Source: an uncultured Bacteroidales bacterium (GTDB taxonomy: Bacteria > Bacteroidota > Bacteroidia > Bacteroidales > UBA10428). From it: a DNA stretch of 64,000 nucleotides. The notes under the pieces were generated by a model. That model ran no database searches. It was given only the letters and a program-made list of their open reading frames with translations, and was not told where the DNA came from. Within the stretch, counting starts at the first letter, position 1. The number at the start of each line of letters is the position of its first letter. This document shows positions 1 through 9,133 of the stretch, piece by piece. The position numbers and the translations under genes were made by a program. The stretch is from the NCBI GenBank assembly GCA_964461435.1, contig CAYWUI010000004.1:3067-67066 (forward strand), in the 5' to 3' direction.

Positions 1-58
1 AAAATACCCTCTCCAGCTCAGTGTTTATAATATCCTGGCAATCCCTGAATGTGTACAT
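1..58 (-). CDS. 5' end of an unidentified gene running off the left edge (19 codons only)
   Basis: The reverse strand reads ATG(58..56) and then MYTFRDCQDIINTELERVF, open to position 1. It is too short to assign. Confidence 0.2.
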   Translation of the reverse strand, partial: MYTFRDCQDIINTELERVF

Positions 59-202
59 TCTGAATTAATAATTATGTAAAAATAAGAGATAAATTAAAAA
101 GAACATTATCAAGTTATGACAATTATATCTAATTTTGGGCTTTTGGCAAAACTGAAAATTATTATTCGGTTTGTAAATTGTAAATATAAGTTCTAATGCA
201 CT

Positions 203-1675
203 ATGATTAAATTATTGAAATATATTATCCCTGCATTAGTTATCTTCACAGTCCCGGAAATTATAAATGGACAGGGATATACGATAAAGGTGAAAATTAA
301 TGGTTTAAGCGATACTACTATTATCCTTGGCCACTATTTTGATAAATCAATGTACCCCGATGATACGGTACGGGTAAATAATGAAGGTACAGGCACATTT
401 AAAGAGCAAAATGCATTACCCGGGGGCATGTACGTTATTTTCCTGCCAAACACAAAATTCTTCGAGATACTTATCAGTGATGACCAGGATTTTTATATAG
501 AAACCGATACTGTGAATTTTATTGACAATATAAAAATCAAAGGCTCGGATGAAAATTCAGTATTCTTCGGCTTCCAGAAACATATGAAAGCATTATCAAA
601 GAGGGCCGAAGAACTCAGGAAAATGATCGATGATACTGATAACAGCGAATTAAAAAAGGAATATCGCAGTGAGCTGGAAGATATTAATAAGGAAAGAGTA
701 AATCATATTAACTTCATAGTAAAAAAAAATCCGGGCACCTTCATCGCGAAATTTTTAAAGGCAACTCTTGAAATATCTGTTCCTGACCCCCCGAAAGACG
801 AAAAAGGTAATATTATTGATTCCACATGGCAATATTATTATTTCAGGAATCACTATTTTGACAATTTTGACATTTCAGATGCCAGGCTCCTGAGGACGCC
901 TATATACGAAGACAAGATTATGAACTATATCACAAGAGTCGTGCCGCAGATACCTGATTCCATAATCCCTGAAGTGGATATGCTTGTTGAGAAGTCCCGT
1001 GCTGACTCAAGCCTGTTCAGGTATATGCTTATAACACTTTTCAACCATTACGGAAAGAGCAATATTATGGGAATGGATGCTGTTCAGATCCATATAGCCG
1101 AAAAATATTACATAAATGAATCGTGGTGGAGCAGTGATAAATTTATTGAGGACCTTAAAGACAGGGTAAAAAAAATAAAACCTCTCTTAATCGGTGCCCC
1201 TGCACAGGATATTGAACTGGTAAGTATACCGGCACAACATTTCATCGAAGCCCGCAACGACACAGCCCTCAAGAAATTCCCCCATATAGGGACACATTTT
1301 AACCTGTATAATGTCAGTGCCGAATTTACTATACTGCTTTTCTGGGAAGCAGATTGCGGACATTGCAAAACTGTTGTCCCGAAAATGTATGAAATTTACG
1401 AGGAAAACCTGAAGGATAAAAAGGTAAAAGTCGTGGCAATAAGTACCTTGTTTGGTGAAGAAGGAAAGGTCAAGTGGGTGGATTTTGTAAACAAGCATGA
1501 GCTTTATGACTGGATTAATGCGTGGAATCCTTATTCATATGAATTTAAAGTTAAGTATAATATTATGGCAACTCCCCAGATATTTCTGCTGGACAGGGAT
1601 AAAAAAATAATAGCAAAAAATACTAGTCCGGAACAGACACTTGACATAATAAGCACAATTAACAGCCAGAAGTAA
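203..1675 (+). CDS. Exported thioredoxin-fold thiol:disulfide oxidoreductase (TlpA/AhpC-TSA-like) with a long N-terminal domain of the DUF5106 type
   Basis: 490 aa with an N-terminal signal-like segment (MIKLLKYIIPALVIFTVPEIINGQ). The C-terminal thioredoxin fold has a CxxC active site (LLFWEADCGHCK) and a cis-Pro region (MATPQIFLLD). Confidence 0.8.
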   Translation: MIKLLKYIIPALVIFTVPEIINGQGYTIKVKINGLSDTTIILGHYFDKSMYPDDTVRVNNEGTGTFKEQNALPGGMYVIFLPNTKFFEILISDDQDFYIETDTVNFIDNIKIKGSDENSVFFGFQKHMKALSKRAEELRKMIDDTDNSELKKEYRSELEDINKERVNHINFIVKKNPGTFIAKFLKATLEISVPDPPKDEKGNIIDSTWQYYYFRNHYFDNFDISDARLLRTPIYEDKIMNYITRVVPQIPDSIIPEVDMLVEKSRADSSLFRYMLITLFNHYGKSNIMGMDAVQIHIAEKYYINESWWSSDKFIEDLKDRVKKIKPLLIGAPAQDIELVSIPAQHFIEARNDTALKKFPHIGTHFNLYNVSAEFTILLFWEADCGHCKTVVPKMYEIYEENLKDKKVKVVAISTLFGEEGKVKWVDFVNKHELYDWINAWNPYSYEFKVKYNIMATPQIFLLDRDKKIIAKNTSPEQTLDIISTINSQK

Positions 1676-1690
1676 TTTTAAAAACAGTAT

Positions 1691-2773
1691 ATGATAAAAG
1701 AGAAAGAGGTCAAATTAATTTTGGAAGACGGTAAAGAATTCAGGGGAATTTCATTTGGTCATGAACAAACTGTTTCGGGAGAGGTAGTATTTAATACTGC
1801 GATGACAGGTTATCCGGAAAGTTTGACAGATCCTTCGTACAAGGGGCAGATTCTTGTGCTTACCTATCCTATCGTTGGTAATTACGGGGTACCGTCAAAG
1901 TCAAAAGTTGATAACCTTTATAAATATTTCGAATCATATGCTTTGCACATTTCAGGATTGATCATATGTGATTATACTGCTACTTACAGCCACTGGAATG
2001 CAGATAAAAGCCTTGGAGAATGGCTGAAAGAATACAGGATCCCGGGAATATACGGCATTGATACGCGTGCATTAACCAAGATACTGAGGGAGCAGGGGAC
2101 CATGCTGGGTAAAGTAGTTTTCAACGGAGACAATATAGACTTCTATGATCCTAATAAGGACAATCTTGTGGCTCAGGTCAGCACTAATGAAAGGAAGATA
2201 TACGGAAGCGGCAGATACAGGATATTGCTTATAGACTGCGGTGTAAAATACAATATCATCCGCAACCTTTTAAAGCGCGATACAACTATTACTGTTGTTC
2301 CGTGGGACTGGGATATATCCAAAGAAGATTATGACGGGTTATTTATTTCAAACGGCCCCGGCGATCCCAGGATGTGTGACAAAACCATAGTTAATATCAG
2401 AAAAGCATTTGATAAAAATATACCCATATACGGAATTTGCCTCGGGAACCAGTTAATGGGACTGGCAGCCGGTGCAGAGACATATAAGCTCAAATACGGA
2501 CACCGCAGCCATAACCAGCCGGTCATACAGGTTGGTACGAATAAAGCTTATATTACATCACAAAATCATGGCTTCGCTATTGATAACAGTACTCTCCCCA
2601 AAAGCTGGAACCCCTTGTTCATTAATCTTAACGACAATACAAATGAGGGTATGAAGCATATATCCAAACCGTTTTTTTCTTCACAGTTTCACCCCGAAGC
2701 TTCGGGCGGACCTACTGATACGGAATTCCTTTTTGATCAGTTTATCGATCTGATTAAAGAATATAAAAAATAA
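1691..2773 (+). CDS. carA: Carbamoyl-phosphate synthase small (glutamine amidotransferase) subunit
   Basis: 360 aa. It has the CPSase small-chain N-domain (VFNTAMTGYPESLTDPSY) and class-I GATase motifs (GICLGNQL, NHGFA, QFHPEASGGP). Confidence 0.93.
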   Translation: MIKEKEVKLILEDGKEFRGISFGHEQTVSGEVVFNTAMTGYPESLTDPSYKGQILVLTYPIVGNYGVPSKSKVDNLYKYFESYALHISGLIICDYTATYSHWNADKSLGEWLKEYRIPGIYGIDTRALTKILREQGTMLGKVVFNGDNIDFYDPNKDNLVAQVSTNERKIYGSGRYRILLIDCGVKYNIIRNLLKRDTTITVVPWDWDISKEDYDGLFISNGPGDPRMCDKTIVNIRKAFDKNIPIYGICLGNQLMGLAAGAETYKLKYGHRSHNQPVIQVGTNKAYITSQNHGFAIDNSTLPKSWNPLFINLNDNTNEGMKHISKPFFSSQFHPEASGGPTDTEFLFDQFIDLIKEYKK

Positions 2774-2777
2774 CATT

Positions 2778-3746
2778 TCAGAACAGTGAATTCTTTATTT
2801 CTTTCCATATTTTCCTGTTAATCTTTGCGCCCACATCTTCTATTACCTTTCCTGCAATAAGGGCACCAATTTCACCACTCCTTTTTAATGGCAATTTATT
2901 TATTAATCCGTATAAAAATCCCGATGCATACAAATCTCCGGCACCTGTTGTGTCAATGCAGGCTGCATCTATGATGCCAATTTTATATAATTCCTTCCCT
3001 CTCTTAATAAGCGACCCCTTATCTCCTGTTTTTACAATTGCAATTTCAGTTATCTCAGACAATTCAGCCAGTGCCTCCCCTGCATTTTTGCCGGTAAACG
3101 CCATTGCCTCCTCCTCATTCGCAAATATTATGTCGACATAAGCGGGGATCAGCTTTTTTAAGAACTCCAGGTTCTCTTCAACAACATTATAACTTGCCAG
3201 GTCCAGGGAAACTTTCAGTCCGTTTTCCCTGGCAAATCCCAAGGCAGTTTCTATCAATTCATGGTTTTGTAATAAATACCCTTCAATATGAAAATAATCA
3301 TATCCCCTGAACAGCTCACTGCTGATATCTTCAGCTGTCTGTTCCAGGGCCGCCCCGAGATAAACCGCAAATGTACGCTCCGAATCCGGACTTATTAATG
3401 TAACGGCTCTTCCTGTATCGGACCGCCCGTAAAACAGGAGGGGTTTTATTCCAGCCTTCTCAAGGTCTTCCTTAAAAAAATCCCCCAGTTTATCATGGCC
3501 GACCTTGCCAATATAACCTGTTTTAACGTCTAATGCCGCCAGTCCGTGAATTGTGTTGGCAGCCGAGCCTCCTGATGCCCTTTTTACGCCTTCACTGATT
3601 ATCCTCCCTTCCAGCTCCCGTGCAAATGTCCTGTCAACAAGCTGCATACTGCCCTTTGGCAGATTCAGTTCATCAAGGAGACTGTCACTTTCAAGTCTTA
3701 CCAGGATATCAACCAGGGCATTCCCCATTCCCATCACTTTTGGCAT
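2778..3746 (-). CDS. PfkB-family carbohydrate/nucleoside kinase (adenosine kinase-like)
   Basis: 322 aa with the ribokinase/PfkB signatures GGSAANT and DTTGAGDLYASGFLYG. It is convergent with carA. Confidence 0.8.
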   Translation of the reverse strand: MPKVMGMGNALVDILVRLESDSLLDELNLPKGSMQLVDRTFARELEGRIISEGVKRASGGSAANTIHGLAALDVKTGYIGKVGHDKLGDFFKEDLEKAGIKPLLFYGRSDTGRAVTLISPDSERTFAVYLGAALEQTAEDISSELFRGYDYFHIEGYLLQNHELIETALGFARENGLKVSLDLASYNVVEENLEFLKKLIPAYVDIIFANEEEAMAFTGKNAGEALAELSEITEIAIVKTGDKGSLIKRGKELYKIGIIDAACIDTTGAGDLYASGFLYGLINKLPLKRSGEIGALIAGKVIEDVGAKINRKIWKEIKNSLF

Positions 3747-3818
3747 ATTCTTTTATTTTAAAACAAAAACCTTCCTTAATAAGCAGGAAGGTTTCTAACA
3801 TTTTAAAGAGTAATAAAA

Positions 3819-6338
3819 CTAGTTAATAGTAAACTTCTTATTAATAATGCTTTTCCCCATTCTGATATTAATGTAATAAATCCCTTTGGATAAATTACTT
3901 ACATTAATTTTAGCTTCAGAATTTCTGCCGGCACAATTCACTCTCTCCGCTATTAATATTCTGCCTGAAATATCAAATATCTCGATATCAACCATGCCCT
4001 GCTCAAAATCCGTTAACTGAATATTCAGAAAATCAATGGCAGGTACAGGATATATATTTGCTCGTCCGGTTACCTGTAAATCAACGCTTAAGGGCTCTTC
4101 TGTAAATATAAAGTCAAAAACATCAATTACAGATTGTCCGGCTACATCCGTTGCAACGACCTTAATGTTTAAAGTTCCTGCAATAGTTGCTGTTCCTGAG
4201 TATTGCCTTGTATCAGGATTGAATGTCAGCCATCCGGGAAAAGCACTATCGTCCATTAATGTTGAACTGTAAACCAACTCATCACCGGCATCATGATCAT
4301 AAAATGTATTCCCCGGTATTGTATAGCTGAAAGGCTGGCCAACCAGGGGATTCTGGTTTGGTATTTCATGGGCCACAACAGGAGGCCAGTTGCTTTCAAA
4401 ATATCTTATAGTTCCGTCATAGCAGCCGACAAACAGATCAAAGTCAGTATCATTATCAATGTCAGCAAAGACGGGACACGGATAACTATCTGCAATACCG
4501 TCAAAAGGGTTTTCACTGCCCGTTCTTTCTACAAAGGTAGGACTATCTGCGGTTCCCGTATTCAGGAAGTATCTGACACATGTTCCTGAATATGTACCGA
4601 CAGCCGCATCAAAATCACCATCATCGTCAATATCACAAAATCCAGGGTCTGCAAAAGAGCCTACATCCACCCCGTCAAAAGGATTACTTGTTCCTGTGCG
4701 CAGGGCAAATACAATATTTGCCCCTTCGGTTATGTTTTCATAATATTTGATTGTTCCGTCCTGATGTCCCAGGAATAAATCAAAATCCCCATCATTATCA
4801 ATATCCACAAATGCTGGCTTCACTGCTGCCGCATAATTCACGGAATTAAACGGATTATAAATGCCTGTCTGCTCAATAAATAAGGGGACATCCGCGCTTC
4901 CATTATTAATATAATATTTCATCTTGCCTGTCATTGTACCGAAGAATGCATCAATATCCGAATCATAATTGCCATTTATATTGACCAGGCATGGCTTTGG
5001 CCACCATTCCTGTATTGTATCCCCGTAAAACGGATTACTGATACCCTTGGCCTTCCTGAAATTAGGATTGCCGGCATCCCCGTCATTCCTGTAATAGTCT
5101 AATGTCCCAAAGTAATTGCCGATAACCACATCCAGATCCCCGTCATCGTCCAGGTCAGCAAACGCGGGCTGAGCTACCCATCCAACATCTATAGGCTGGT
5201 ACATCACGAATTCGGGCTCTCCCGGGGTCCCCTCATTGTTATAGTAATTAATTTTACCTTCCCTGTTGCCAACAAGGGCATCAAAATCCGAATCACCGTC
5301 AAAATCAAAAAAGGCAGGGGTTAAACTATACCCCATGTCCTCATCGTAGAAAATATTATTAAACCCCTCTACCTCTTCAAATTCAGCTGCACTTGCATTG
5401 CCGGTATTTTCAAACTGCCTTAACGAGCCGTACTTCATTCCCATAAAAAAATCAAAATCACCATCATCGTCAATATCGGTGAAAGAAATTACCGAATTAA
5501 ATCCCCCTATGCTGTCAACAGGATTATCTAAACCCGTCTGCTCAACAAATGCAACATTTGCTCCGACGCTCGTATTTTCATAAAATTTAATATAGTTATA
5601 CTTTGAGCCCACAAAAAAATCAAGATCGCCGTCATTATCAATGTCAGCAAAGGCCGGGGCTGATGCTACGCCAACGTCCAATGCATCAAAAGGATTGTCT
5701 GCGCCCGTAATCATAGTGAAATTCGGATTCTCATGATCACCGTCATTCCTGTAATAATTAATAACCCCATCGTATTCCCCTATAAAGCAATCAAAATCTC
5801 CGTCATCATCAACATCTATGAAGGCTGGCTTTGCCTCATCTCCAACATCCACGCCATTAAAGGGATTGTTCGCTCCTGTCTGCAGCTGAAAAGTATTGTC
5901 CCCTGCATTCTTAAAGAATTTTATATTGCCAAGGGTATCGCCTACAAACAGGTCTTTGTCTCCATCATCATCAATATCAACAAATGCCGGGGCAATTTTT
6001 TCGCCGAGAGCCAGACTTGAAAAGGGATTTATTTTGCCTCCCAGGGGGTTTTCTTCGCCTGTCTTTTCAATAAATGTACCCTGGGCATTTACAGCAGAAC
6101 AAATCAGGGTGAAAGCCAGGGTAATGCCCGCAATCCTGATTCCCAGAGAGAACTGCTCTCTTAACAGCCTTTTATAAAACAGTTTAAACTTGTTCAGAAG
6201 CCTTGTCCTTTGAAATAGCGATAATTGAAAAAATACTCCCTCGCTAAGAAATCTTTTGATACGAAAATAAAGCCTCCTGAACCTGTTATAATGTTTTAAA
6301 TACATGCTATTAACCTGGATGAAGGGTCTTTTTTTCAT
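3819..6338 (-). CDS. Secreted FG-GAP/VCBS-repeat protein with a cadherin/dystroglycan-like Ig domain and a T9SS type-A C-terminal sorting domain
   Basis: 839 aa with ten Ca-binding-type motifs such as FVDIDDDGDKDLFVG, FADIDNDGDLDFFVG and FCDIDDDGDFDAAVG. It then has PFSYTIPGNTFYDHDAGDELVYSS (putative Ig/CADG-like). The C-terminus (IYPVPAIDFLNIQL...GIYYINIRMGKSIINKKFTIN) is typical of T9SS CTDs. Confidence 0.85.
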   Translation of the reverse strand: MKKRPFIQVNSMYLKHYNRFRRLYFRIKRFLSEGVFFQLSLFQRTRLLNKFKLFYKRLLREQFSLGIRIAGITLAFTLICSAVNAQGTFIEKTGEENPLGGKINPFSSLALGEKIAPAFVDIDDDGDKDLFVGDTLGNIKFFKNAGDNTFQLQTGANNPFNGVDVGDEAKPAFIDVDDDGDFDCFIGEYDGVINYYRNDGDHENPNFTMITGADNPFDALDVGVASAPAFADIDNDGDLDFFVGSKYNYIKFYENTSVGANVAFVEQTGLDNPVDSIGGFNSVISFTDIDDDGDFDFFMGMKYGSLRQFENTGNASAAEFEEVEGFNNIFYDEDMGYSLTPAFFDFDGDSDFDALVGNREGKINYYNNEGTPGEPEFVMYQPIDVGWVAQPAFADLDDDGDLDVVIGNYFGTLDYYRNDGDAGNPNFRKAKGISNPFYGDTIQEWWPKPCLVNINGNYDSDIDAFFGTMTGKMKYYINNGSADVPLFIEQTGIYNPFNSVNYAAAVKPAFVDIDNDGDFDLFLGHQDGTIKYYENITEGANIVFALRTGTSNPFDGVDVGSFADPGFCDIDDDGDFDAAVGTYSGTCVRYFLNTGTADSPTFVERTGSENPFDGIADSYPCPVFADIDNDTDFDLFVGCYDGTIRYFESNWPPVVAHEIPNQNPLVGQPFSYTIPGNTFYDHDAGDELVYSSTLMDDSAFPGWLTFNPDTRQYSGTATIAGTLNIKVVATDVAGQSVIDVFDFIFTEEPLSVDLQVTGRANIYPVPAIDFLNIQLTDFEQGMVDIEIFDISGRILIAERVNCAGRNSEAKINVSNLSKGIYYINIRMGKSIINKKFTIN
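4436..5985 (-). repeat. Intragenic array of ten ~170-nt (~57-aa) FG-GAP coding repeats
   Basis: On the + strand, a motif like atcaaaatcaccatcatcgtcaatatc (the reverse complement of the DxDxDGDxD codons) recurs near 4440, 4610, 4780, 4950, 5130, 5280, 5450, 5620, 5790 and 5960. Confidence 0.8.
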
Positions 6339-6568
6339 ATGATTTGAGATTTTATTATGTTAGTTAATTTTGCAATCCTCTGCTGCTTAAAAGAACTTTT
6401 GACAGATGATTTAACTTTTTTCCGAAAACTAAATTATGATTTTTGCGGCAAATAATGAAATTTATGGCATCATATATTAATATGACCACAAAATTTATCA
6501 ACAGGCAATATAAAAAAAACTTTATTAAAAAATAAAATTTTATAATTGGATAATTGAACAAATTAATA

Positions 6569-6576
6569 TACTTTTG
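6569..6576 (+). promoter_or_regulatory. Bacteroidota-type -7 promoter box (TAnnTTTG) for tRNA-Asn
   Basis: TACTTTTG ends 12 nt upstream of the first tRNA nucleotide. A TTG-containing stretch lies about 20 nt further upstream. Confidence 0.45.
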
Positions 6577-6587
6577 CGTCGCAAAAT

Positions 6588-6661
6588 TCCTCAGTAGCTC
6601 AGTTGGTTAGAGCATCTGGCTGTTAACCAGAGGGTCGTAGGTTCGAGTCCTACCTGGGGAG
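6588..6661 (+). tRNA. tRNA-Asn (anticodon GTT)
   Basis: I folded a 74-nt cloverleaf by hand. The acceptor is tcctcag/ctgggga, the D arm gctc-agttggtta-gagc, the anticodon arm tctgg-ctGTTaa-ccaga and the T arm gtagg-ttcgagt-cctac. The discriminator is G and no CCA is encoded. Confidence 0.95.
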
Positions 6662-6666
6662 CCGAA

Positions 6667-6695
6667 GCCGGTGAAATCATCACCGGCCTTTTTAT
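6667..6695 (+). terminator. Rho-independent terminator after tRNA-Asn
   Basis: An 8-bp GC-rich stem, gccggtga (6667..6674) pairing with tcaccggc (6680..6687), has a 5-nt loop and is followed by cttttta. Confidence 0.7.
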
Positions 6696-6804
6696 TGTTG
6701 CCTTGTCCCCTTTTTATGCTACCTGTATTAATTTTGGTTATAATTCAAAATTGCTCATTGTCTTCCAATTATTTATTTTTGCTTAATATTTAAATTCCTT
6801 GCTC

Positions 6805-7257
6805 ATGCGCGCTGTTATCCAGAGAGTAAATGAAGCTTCGGTGGTAATCAACAACTCCGAAGAATCGTCTATAAAAAAGGGACTTTTAATTCTTCTGGGA
6901 ATTGAAGAAAATGATACCGGTGAAGATATTGAATGGTTAAGTGGTAAAATATCAAGACTCAGAATATTTGATGATGATAATGGAATTATGAACAGGTCGG
7001 TAAAAGATGTTGACGGCGAAATAATGGTTATCAGCCAGTTTACTTTGCACGCAAGCACGAAAAAGGGCAACAGGCCTTCCTATATCAGAGCTGCAAAACC
7101 TGGTATTGCAATCCCCGTATATGACAGCTTTATAAAAAAGCTTGAACAGGATATAAATAAAAGGGTAAAAACCGGCAAATTCGGGGCATTTATGCAAATC
7201 TCATTAATTAATGACGGTCCGGTTACAATTATTATTGACACAAAGAATAAAGAATGA
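6805..7257 (+). CDS. dtd: D-aminoacyl-tRNA deacylase
   Basis: Family hallmarks are MRAVIQRV at the N-terminus, VISQFTL, GNRPSY and LINDGPVT. I trimmed the ORF-track start (TTG 6799) to the ATG at 6805. Confidence 0.92.
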   Translation: MRAVIQRVNEASVVINNSEESSIKKGLLILLGIEENDTGEDIEWLSGKISRLRIFDDDNGIMNRSVKDVDGEIMVISQFTLHASTKKGNRPSYIRAAKPGIAIPVYDSFIKKLEQDINKRVKTGKFGAFMQISLINDGPVTIIIDTKNKE

Positions 7258-8336
7258 TACCCGGGAAAGACACGGCCAGGTATGAAAAAATTATTCCGGG
7301 GGATTCCGTAATATCAAAGCCTAAAGTCATTTTAGACAGTACCGGCTCAAAATCAGTTATAGGAGACAGCATCCCTGAAATTCATGAAATTCAGGCAGTT
7401 GATTCCCTGGTTACCGATTCGGCAAAGGTAAAAATTAAACAGAAGGTTGCGGAAAAGACAGGAATGCACATCACCGGCGAAGTCATTATTTTGAAGGATC
7501 ACGGCAAAAAGCAGCAACCTGAAGAATTGAAATGGAATACTGCCGGGAACTTTTTAATTCGTAATGCCAGAGACGACACAATATCCACTGGAAATTTAAT
7601 ATTCGGGCCTGCAGCAAGCATTACCGGAAATTTGAGGAGAATGCTTCTTCCCCGGAAAAGTATAACTATTGAGCCAAAAATGAAATATGAGTTATCAAAT
7701 GACTGGCTGCTGGCAATATTTCTGTTTATTACCTTACTCTTTTTATGGGTCAGGGTATTCTATAAAAAATATTTCGCTCTTTTGTTAGGTTCATTGCTTA
7801 GCTATCAGTTATCGCTAAAACTGTTAAGAGAAAAGAACATAATGATAAAAAGAGTATCATTTGTCTTGAATTTCATCTATGTCATAATGCTGTCAACCTT
7901 TATTTTAAAGATATTTGAGCTGTACCAGATAAAAGTATTCAAATTCAACACATTCGAAACCCTTTTAATCCTTATTAATATTATTATAATCATATCAGTC
8001 TTCAGAATATTACTGCTAAAACTTGTAGGTTTTATATTTAACAGTACTCAAATATTCAATGAATATATACACAATAATTATGTTATTAACAAAAACCTGG
8101 GTTTATTCCTGTTTCCCCTGTTAATAGGCCAGGTCTATATATCTGAAAAGTTAAAAGTTATATTTATAATTGCCGGTATTTCATTGATTTTAATCTCATA
8201 TATAATTCGCTTCTACAGAGGTTTTCAAATAATTATTAAAAAAGATATTTTTTTATTTTATTTGATTTTATACCTTTGTACACTTGAAATTTTACCACTG
8301 TTACTTGGATACAAATTCTTCATCTTATTGGTTTAG
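7254..8336 (+). CDS. Multi-pass membrane protein, DUF4271-like
   Basis: 360 aa with a soluble N-terminal ~150 aa followed by about six I/L/F-rich predicted helices. Its ATG overlaps the dtd stop (ATGA at 7254..7257). The position just upstream of a HemD-like gene is the arrangement I recall for Bacteroidota DUF4271 proteins. The family call is from memory. Confidence 0.65.
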   Translation: MIPGKDTARYEKIIPGDSVISKPKVILDSTGSKSVIGDSIPEIHEIQAVDSLVTDSAKVKIKQKVAEKTGMHITGEVIILKDHGKKQQPEELKWNTAGNFLIRNARDDTISTGNLIFGPAASITGNLRRMLLPRKSITIEPKMKYELSNDWLLAIFLFITLLFLWVRVFYKKYFALLLGSLLSYQLSLKLLREKNIMIKRVSFVLNFIYVIMLSTFILKIFELYQIKVFKFNTFETLLILINIIIIISVFRILLLKLVGFIFNSTQIFNEYIHNNYVINKNLGLFLFPLLIGQVYISEKLKVIFIIAGISLILISYIIRFYRGFQIIIKKDIFLFYLILYLCTLEILPLLLGYKFFILLV

Positions 8337-8362
8337 AAGTAGTTAAAGGAGGATTCTCAAAT

Positions 8363-9121
8363 ATGAAAATCAAAAAGATCTTGGTATCTCAGCCCCAACC
8401 TGAATCAGAAAAATCACCTTACCATGAATTAGCTGTGAAAAACAATGTGAAAATTGATTTCAGGCCGTTTATTCATGTTGAAGGAGTAATATGCAAAGAA
8501 TTCAGGAAACAAAGAGTAGATATTTTAAATCATTCTGCCGTAATCTTTACCAGTAAAACAGCAATCAATCATTTCTTCAGGATTTGTGAAGAAATGCGCA
8601 TATCGGTCCCTGATTCCATGAAATATTTCTGTATCTCTGAATCAGTAGCTTTTTTCCTGCAGAAGTATATCGTATACAGAAAGAGGAAAATATTTTACGG
8701 GCAGGGTAACTTTTCAGATTTGATCGATGTTATAGCGAAGCACTGCGAAGAAAAATTTCTTTTGCCTTTATCTGACCAGCATAACGAAGAAATCCCCATT
8801 TTACTTGAGAATAACAATATAAAATATACAAAGGCAATCCTGTATAAGACCGTCAGCAGCGATTTATCGGATTTATCTGCAATAAATTATGATTTACTTG
8901 TATTTTTCAGCCCTTCCGGAGTAAAATCCCTGCTTCAGAACTTTCCTCAGTTCAAACAAAATAACATAAAGATTGCATCATTTGGAGAAACCACGGCAAA
9001 AGCAGTCAAAGATGCAGGACTAAGGCTTGATTTGCAGGCTCCGATGCCCCATGCCCCGTCAATGACAATGGCTCTCGATAAATTTATCAGGGAGCATAAT
9101 AAAAATAATAAAGACCAATAA
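8363..9121 (+). CDS. hemD: Uroporphyrinogen-III synthase-like (HEM4 family) protein
   Basis: 252 aa with the two-lobe HEM4 pattern (VIFTSKTAINHFF, LVFFSPSGVKSLL, ASFGETTAKAV). The size and N-terminus (ILVSQPQPE) are typical of the Bacteroidota form. Confidence 0.75.
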   Translation: MKIKKILVSQPQPESEKSPYHELAVKNNVKIDFRPFIHVEGVICKEFRKQRVDILNHSAVIFTSKTAINHFFRICEEMRISVPDSMKYFCISESVAFFLQKYIVYRKRKIFYGQGNFSDLIDVIAKHCEEKFLLPLSDQHNEEIPILLENNNIKYTKAILYKTVSSDLSDLSAINYDLLVFFSPSGVKSLLQNFPQFKQNNIKIASFGETTAKAVKDAGLRLDLQAPMPHAPSMTMALDKFIREHNKNNKDQ

Positions 9122-9133
9122 AAAAAGAGGATA

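Noticed and set aside
4436-5985. Regular ~170-nt periodic DNA repeats that could superficially suggest a CRISPR-like or satellite array.
   Set aside because: The repeats lie inside one continuous reading frame and encode the DxDxDGDxD loops of FG-GAP units. There are no unique spacers or leader, and no cas genes in the window.
6364-6561. 65-aa ORF in the intergenic region between the FG-GAP gene and tRNA-Asn.
   Set aside because: The composition is extremely AT-driven (I/F/L/N/K). It overlaps the likely promoter regions of both flanking genes, and nothing supports it beyond being open.
6339-6800. tRNA-Asn as a possible integration hotspot with an adjacent genomic island.
   Set aside because: No integrase, no direct repeat of the tRNA 3' end and no mobile-element genes lie on either side. 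The flanking genes are ordinary chromosomal genes.
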